Positions 31,846-32,000 of a stretch of DNA of 32,000 bases are shown piece by piece. The number at the start of each line of letters is the position of its first letter. The stretch's first letter is position 1. Origin of the DNA: Telmatocola sphagniphila (GTDB lineage Bacteria; Planctomycetota; Planctomycetia; Gemmatales; Gemmataceae). The notes under the pieces were generated by a model, which searched no databases, was not told the origin of the DNA, and saw only the letters and a list, made by a program, of their open reading frames with translations. Both the position numbers and the translations under genes were made by a program. Location: the NCBI RefSeq assembly GCF_018398935.1, contig NZ_CP074694.1:300001-332000 (forward strand), in the 5' to 3' direction.

Positions 31846-32000
31846 CTATCCATTCTCACCGAGCAGCCATTCAGCGGTCATAGCCCGTACCACGTAAAGT
31901 CCCTTCACGCTTGGCACCGTGCAAAGCAATGTCGCGATTTCCTCCTCGGCCTCGCTGAGTCGCTGAAGAGCTTCGTTTAGCCCTAGGTCGGCTAGACGCG
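31846..32000 (-). CDS. 3' end of an unidentified gene entering from the right edge (50 codons visible)
   Basis: This is the only open frame here. It translates as ..RLADLGLNEALQRLSEAEEEIATLLCTVPSVKGLYVVRAMTAEWLLGENG*, with the stop at 31848..31846. Several rare CTA codons lower my confidence. Confidence 0.3.
   Translation of the reverse strand, partial: RLADLGLNEALQRLSEAEEEIATLLCTVPSVKGLYVVRAMTAEWLLGENG

Noticed and set aside
1-32000. Searched for CRISPR arrays, IS/transposase or integrase genes, rRNA, and classical defence genes (RM, Cas, abortive-infection ATPases/nucleases)
   Set aside because: I saw no spaced direct-repeat arrays, no terminal inverted repeats flanking a transposase-like ORF, no DDE/tyrosine-recombinase-like translations, and no rRNA-like conserved blocks. 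This absence is by eye only and has not been checked with HMMs.

Overview
The window reads as a mostly core-chromosome segment of a Planctomycetota-like bacterium. That placement is an inference from a ClpC N-terminus typical of the phylum, an 'LESLEDR' N-terminal motif on a giant repeat protein, a DUF1570-like HEXXH protein, and large TPR and beta-propeller proteins. I had no database search, so all calls come from reading the translations and the DNA.

Gene content, left to right:
- the 5' end of a PTS enzyme I-like gene (-), not in the ORF track
- a membrane-anchored Ser/Thr kinase
- ispE followed by spoVG (-), where SpoVG carries an inserted zinc ribbon
- a glycine-rich RRM RNA-binding protein and infA
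- an 884-aa protein with seven ~95-aa tandem repeats (-)
- a sensor kinase plus a sigma-54 (NtrC-type) activator
- a near-consensus -24/-12 promoter driving a TTG-start csrA that the ORF track hides inside a longer ORF, then a small secreted protein
- clpC
- a three-gene operon ending in a BatA-like VWA protein (-)
- an 882-aa TPR protein, convergent with a 1121-aa zinc-ribbon/TM/beta-propeller protein
- a DedA-family protein
- a DUF1570-like HEXXH protein (-)
- a bioB-bioF-bioD::bioA operon (-) with a sigma-70 promoter and a BirA-type operator-like inverted repeat
- from about 29.4 kb, a loosely packed accessory-looking stretch of small orphan genes. One is frameshifted and bracketed by an imperfect direct repeat that resembles a decayed tRNA T-arm.

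I found no rRNA, intact tRNA, CRISPR array, transposase or integrase. The most system-like candidate is the module of two-component system, sigma-54 promoter and csrA at 7.3-11.2 kb. Nothing in the window looks like a classical defence island.
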